DNA of 64,000 nucleotides. It comes from the human T2T-CHM13v2.0 reference genome, Homo sapiens. Position numbers and translations under genes: made by a program. The stretch lies in the NCBI RefSeq assembly GCF_009914755.1, contig NC_060929.1; one strand, 5' to 3'. Shown here one piece after another: positions 56,793 through 64,000 of this stretch. How positions within the stretch are numbered: the first letter of the stretch is position 1; every line of letters begins with the position of its first letter. The notes under the pieces were generated by a model that saw only the letters and a program-made list of their open reading frames with translations, searched no databases and was not told the DNA's origin.

Positions 56793-57351
56793 TTAAAACA
56801 GAGCTACCATTCAACCCAGGAATACCACTACTGGGTATATACCCAAAAAATTAAGTCATTCTAGCAAAGACACATGGACGTCTGTGTTCACGGCTGCACT
56901 ATTTACAATAGCAAAGACATGGAATCAGTGCAGGTGCCCATCAATGGTAGATTGAATAAAGAAAATGTGGTCCATATATACTATGGAATACTGTGCAGCC
57001 ATAAAAAAAGAATGAAATCGTGTCATTTGCAGCAACATGGTTGGAGCTGCAGGCTATATTCTAAAGCAAATTAACAGAGGAAGAGAAAAGCAAATACTTC
57101 ATGTTCTCATTTTCACTTACAAGTAGGAGCTAATCATTGAGTACCTATGGACTTAAAATGGGAGCAGGAGACACCGTGGACTACTAGCGGGTGGAGTGGG
57201 GAGAAGTCTGGGTTAAAAAATTCCAATGGGGTACTATCCTCACTATCAGCATGACGGGATCTTTACTCCAAACCTCAGCATCACACAATATTCCCATGTA
57301 ACAAATCTGTACATGTACCCTTGTATCTAAAATAAAAGTTGGGAAAAAAAG
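56793..57351 (+). mobile_element. L1PA15/16-like 3' end, sense in intron 3
   Basis: CAGAGCTACCATTCAACCCAG...AAATAAAAGTTGG then A tail; TSD GAAATAGAC (56784-56792 and 57352-57360). Confidence 0.85.
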
Positions 57352-58816
57352 GAAATAGACATTTAAAATGTTTCTACTCTGGTCCAGTTCTGTTCAACAT
57401 GTGTCATTGTGCTTGAGTCTCATAGTCAAAGGTGAATAAGACACCATTCTTACCCTTGAAGAGCTTACACTCTAGGCTCTTTGTTCCATTTTTCTGTCAA
57501 GAATATGGAGAACAAAGGTTATTGTAAGCAAAAGTTGTTTGTTTTATGTATGTCCTCAACACATTTTCTTTTGACTACATGTCTTATTGCCTGACCACGT
57601 TCTCACTTGAAGCAGAATTGTTCCCAACAAGCTGGTTAGAATATATGTACACTTCTGAATAGTTAGCCAGAAAGCTATAATGATTCTTTAGTGCCCAAGC
57701 CTCTGCATACCATTTGTCTTTCAGAGTTTGCTACTTTTTAGCCAAATTAGGGCTTACCTGCTTTCCAGTGCACTTGTAGAAGCAATTTATAATGAAGAGA
57801 GTTGATGTATTGTCAGGTAAGGGACCCCAGCCTCAAATCCAGGGAAGTTGTCCGTCATCCCAGGCATTCTTTGTAAATAATGAATTATTTCAGATCTTGA
57901 AAACTCAATTCTGCATGTCTCCTCCAGTTTTAATTACTGATCTTCTGGATTCTACTGAGTTTTTCTATGACTGGCTTCCATAATCAATTTGATATGTAAT
58001 TTATATGTTCTTAAAACATAAGTAAATTTTGTGGCCAAATTATAATGTATTATTGACACTATTAAATTCAGTCCTACAGTGATAAAAAAAAAGTTGTTTA
58101 AAATTCTCCCTTAAAAAATAGATATTGTGAGTTAAAATGTATGTAAATCTAGGTTTCAGAGCAGTTAGAGAAATAATTTGCGAGTCCTGACAATTTAGCA
58201 TGAACTTCCCAAGCAGACTTTGCAGCAGACTCTTAGGAGGATTCAGAAAAGCTATGTGTGAAATTTTCTGTAATCTTTGAATAGGAACACTAATATTTAA
58301 GGTGCTATCTGTGCAATTGTAATAGTACATCAAAAGGAGCCTTATTCTGAAAGTCAGTACCTGATTTCTTCTGAATAAGAAGTATAGGAAGATAAGAATA
58401 ACTTCATAATATATCATTTATTGCAGTTTTTGTGTTGTCTAAAAAAAGTCTTAGTTTCTCATTGTTTACTTAAAATAGTACCTGACAATTCCAGTTATGG
58501 CACAGCTTTCCTATCCATCCATATTTGCTAAACACAATTTTTACATTTTATATGAACCATGTTTTAGGAGACAGTATTCCCTTTTAATGACACATATAGC
58601 TGTATTTAAAACTGAGGTAATAAACGAGTTGGTCCAAAATACCGAAGTATAAATGGTATAATACAAAAAGTTTAAGCCATCCAAATGCATCTATATTTTA
58701 CTTAGTTTTAAGGTAAATGTCTAATTATTGGCATTATTTATGGCACGTAGTGTTTGTCCGAATAATATGGTATAATGAATTATTTTATAATACGAAGACT
58801 GGTAGGAGATGGAAAA

Positions 58817-59380
58817 TACATTAGTTTCCTAGTGCTTCTGTATCAAATTACGACAAATTTAGTGGCATAAAACAACACAAATGTATTGTCTTACAGTGCT
58901 GAAGGTTAGAAGTCCTAACAGTAACAGGACTGTATTATTTCTGTAGACTTTCAGTGGGGCCATATTCTCTCTGTAGGCTCTAGGGGAGAATTTTTCCTGC
59001 CTTTTCAGCTTCTGTAGGCCAACTGCATTCCTTGATTCATGGTGTCTTTCTCCATCTTCAAGGCAAGCAGCATAGCATCTTCTCTTCCCTCTTTCTTTCT
59101 CTTCTCCCCCCTCCACCTCCACCATTTCCCACACTTTCGTTTTTTTGTTGTTGTTGTTGTTTTGTTTTGTTTTTTTTCTCTGCATCTCCTTCTCTGACCT
59201 TTCTGCTACCCTCTTGTAAGGAAGATGGTGATTACATTTGGCTTACCTGGATAATCCAGGATAATAACTCCATCTTAAAAAATTCTTAACTTAATTACAT
59301 CAGCAAAGTCCCTTCTGCCATGTAAAATAACATGTTCATAGGCTCATGGACGTCTTCCAGGAGCTATTTAGCCTAGCACA
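58817..59380 (-). mobile_element. MLT1C/D-type MaLR LTR
   Basis: TTAGTTTCCT...AAAACAACACAAATGTATTGTCTTACAG...GGATAATCCAGGATAAT...CAGCAAAGTCCC. Confidence 0.8.
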
Positions 59381-60399
59381 CAATGTGTAATTAATCGCTA
59401 CTTAGGTTCTAGAAGTAGAGGTTATTGTAATCATGCTTTGTGTTTGCGTATCATACTACTAGAACTACAAATGGTTTTCCCTTTCTCAATCAAATAACAT
59501 GTTTTCCACTTATTAGCCCATTTTAGAGGTATTATATTCCTAAATTATTCCCTTTAGTTTTTATTACATGGATTTTTTAATGTCTTAAGTTTAATATCTA
59601 CCATGTATCTGGGGCTTTGGGTTTCTGGGGCAAAAAAAGTAAAACAGTGAATGAGCTTTTTAAAAATTTTGATACTCTGGCTCCTGCTATTGCTATGAGT
59701 AATAAATTGCCCCTTGTCTCCGACCCAGGAGCCTCGTGTCTTCTACCGACATCTGTGATACTGTATTTGGCTAACTTGTTAGCTTGCAAATCTTGACATT
59801 GGGTATTGCTAATAATTAGTCCAACAAATTCACAGCCTTAGTGGCAAACATATTTCTTTAAATATACCCAACCTGATTAAATTCATATCAACTTCACTTT
59901 CTATATATCTTTTAAATATATTTTGTTGATTTTGAACCTTCACATCATTCTCCCTGTAATATTTCTGAAAGACCACAAAAGTTGGCAAAATTACCTGCCT
60001 GGGTTGCTCAGTCCCTCACATTTATGAAAAAACATATGTATATATTCCTTCTGCTGAAAGGGTTATAATAACACTCAGCTCATATAAATCATGCTTCATT
60101 TTAAAACCTGTGTTTCTCATACCTAGAAGATTCTGATGGTCTTGTTTAAATTGTCCTATGACATCATCACAAACCATGAAATATAAATTGATTTTGTGTT
60201 AGTTTTTCATGAATGCTTTTAACCGTGGTAGAGATTTTTTGAATTTATCATAGAGGCAGTAGGCCAGAAAGATGATGATCTAATAAAGGTACTAGTTAAG
60301 GTCAGCCTTTCTACCACCCAGTTATAGGACCTTGGACAAATCACGATTTGAGTCTTACTTTTCACTTGTTAAATGAAGAACTGACAGAGGTAATTTCGG

Positions 60400-61260
60400 T
60401 TACTTTTAGTTGAGTAATTTAATTCACTTACTTTCATTAATTTTATTTACCAATAGTTGTTTTAAGGCTAATAACCACTTTAAATGCTTTTCATAAGTTT
60501 TGATATGTAGCATTTTCTTATTGTTAGACTGACATATCTGTTTATCTTTCCCCTTTCTCAAGACTTGTTTATTTGAGGTAGTTTTATTTATTTATTGTTT
60601 TAATTCCAGGTGGAAGGGCCTTTTTTAATTTTTCTTTTATTGATTAGTTGATTTTCTTTCATTTCTACTTTTTCATTGTGACCGGAGATTGTTGCTAATA
60701 ATATTTTACTTGATGGAGCCTACTGTTACTGTACTTTCTTTGACTTAATATGTGATAATTTTTATCAATATTCCATGTGTACTTGAGAAGAAGATACAAT
60801 TGTTGTTAAGATCTTGTAATTTTATTTCCCGATTTTGTTCTTTCTTGACTGGAAGTTGTGTGTCAGAGTCTTGAGCTAATAAATAGTATTTCTATTTCCT
60901 TTATTTCATGAAGTTTCTGCTTTATGTAATAGTTGTGTTTTATTTGATGCATAGTCATAAATGTTATCTTCTTTGTCTTCATTTTGTTTTCTTTGCCTCA
61001 GCTTTGTCTGAAACACAGTCTCAGCACCTGCTTTCTAATTTTTCCTGTTTGCCTGGCATATCTTTGAAGCTTTTTAAATAACTGTTCTTTGTGAGTCTTT
61101 ATTATATACAGTATAGAGTTAGGTTTTGCTTTGATTCCATTTGAAAATATTTTTCTTTTAATAGGCACATTACACTAATTCACATTCCGTTATATTCCTG
61201 ATGTTTCCTTTCAACTCTGTCATATTTTATGGGAGTTAATTCTTTTCTCAAAATTAAGAT
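60400..61260 (-). mobile_element. Old L1M fragments
   Basis: Degenerate antisense L1 text (AATATTCCATGTGTACTTGAGAAGAAG; CCTGCTTTCT...TGTTTGCCTGG). Confidence 0.5.
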
Positions 61261-61359
61261 GTTATTTAATATTAAGTTTCTTAAGATATGGAAAGGAACT
61301 TAATAATAGTGATAAAAATAGACACATAACTAAAATTAATTTGTTTTATTCTTTCACAG

Positions 61360-61431
61360 GAATTGAAACCTGACATAGTAACTAAATCTGCTCTTGGTGA
61401 TGATATCAACTTTGAAAAAATCTTCAAAAAG
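61360..61431 (+). CDS. SRFBP1: SRFBP1 coding exon 4 ([24 protein letters not shown]); gene continues beyond the window
   Basis: Acceptor TTCTTTCACAG|GAA; donor AAG|GTATAT; 72 nt, phase 0-0; continues the recognised SRFBP1 sequence. Confidence 0.9.
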
Positions 61432-61696
61432 GTATATCTGCAATAGATTATATTTGTCTTATGAAAAGTTTCTCATCTATATTGCTTACTTTTTTCTTGA
61501 AGAGAAAACTTACCAAGAAGTCATGCTATTAGTTTGTAATTAGTTTTCCTAACTGAACTCCATTACTGCCACCACAAAAAAAATTTATACTAACATATAC
61601 ATTTTGTTTTGCTGTAATATCATACCTTCGAGGTCCTTAAAGGTATGTTGAACTTAATATGACATTTCATGTATTATATAAAAATTAGTCTGCTGA

Positions 61697-64000
<2,304 letters not shown>

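Overview
Eukaryotic, AT-rich, repeat-dense primate DNA, almost certainly human given a near-consensus AluYa5 and an L1PA2. The one host gene recognised is the 5' part of SRFBP1 (serum response factor-binding protein 1, p49/STRAP, BUD22-like) on the + strand. It has a CpG-island promoter at about 28.4-29.0 kb and coding exons 1-4 (28792-28827, 40957-41045, 42076-42148, 61360-61431). These splice in frame to 90 codons: [90 protein letters not shown]. The gene continues past the window. The rest is intergenic or intronic sequence full of L1, Alu, LTR (THE1, LTR12, MLT1, MER21), L2/MIR and DNA-transposon relics. Nearly all ORF-track entries are repeat-derived or chance ORFs. I see no convincing evidence of a new biological system. 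The observations most worth checking are structural: an LTR12 whose centre is replaced by an Alu left arm; an inverted-repeat-bracketed templated insertion in intron 3; a twin-primed L1PA2; an L1 flanked by an inverted rather than direct 14-mer; a sense intronic L1 with an open RT frame missed by the ORF track; and an inverted L1 pair around phase-0 exons 2-4. Repeat subfamily names come from my recollection of consensus sequences, not from a search, and old-repeat boundaries are approximate.
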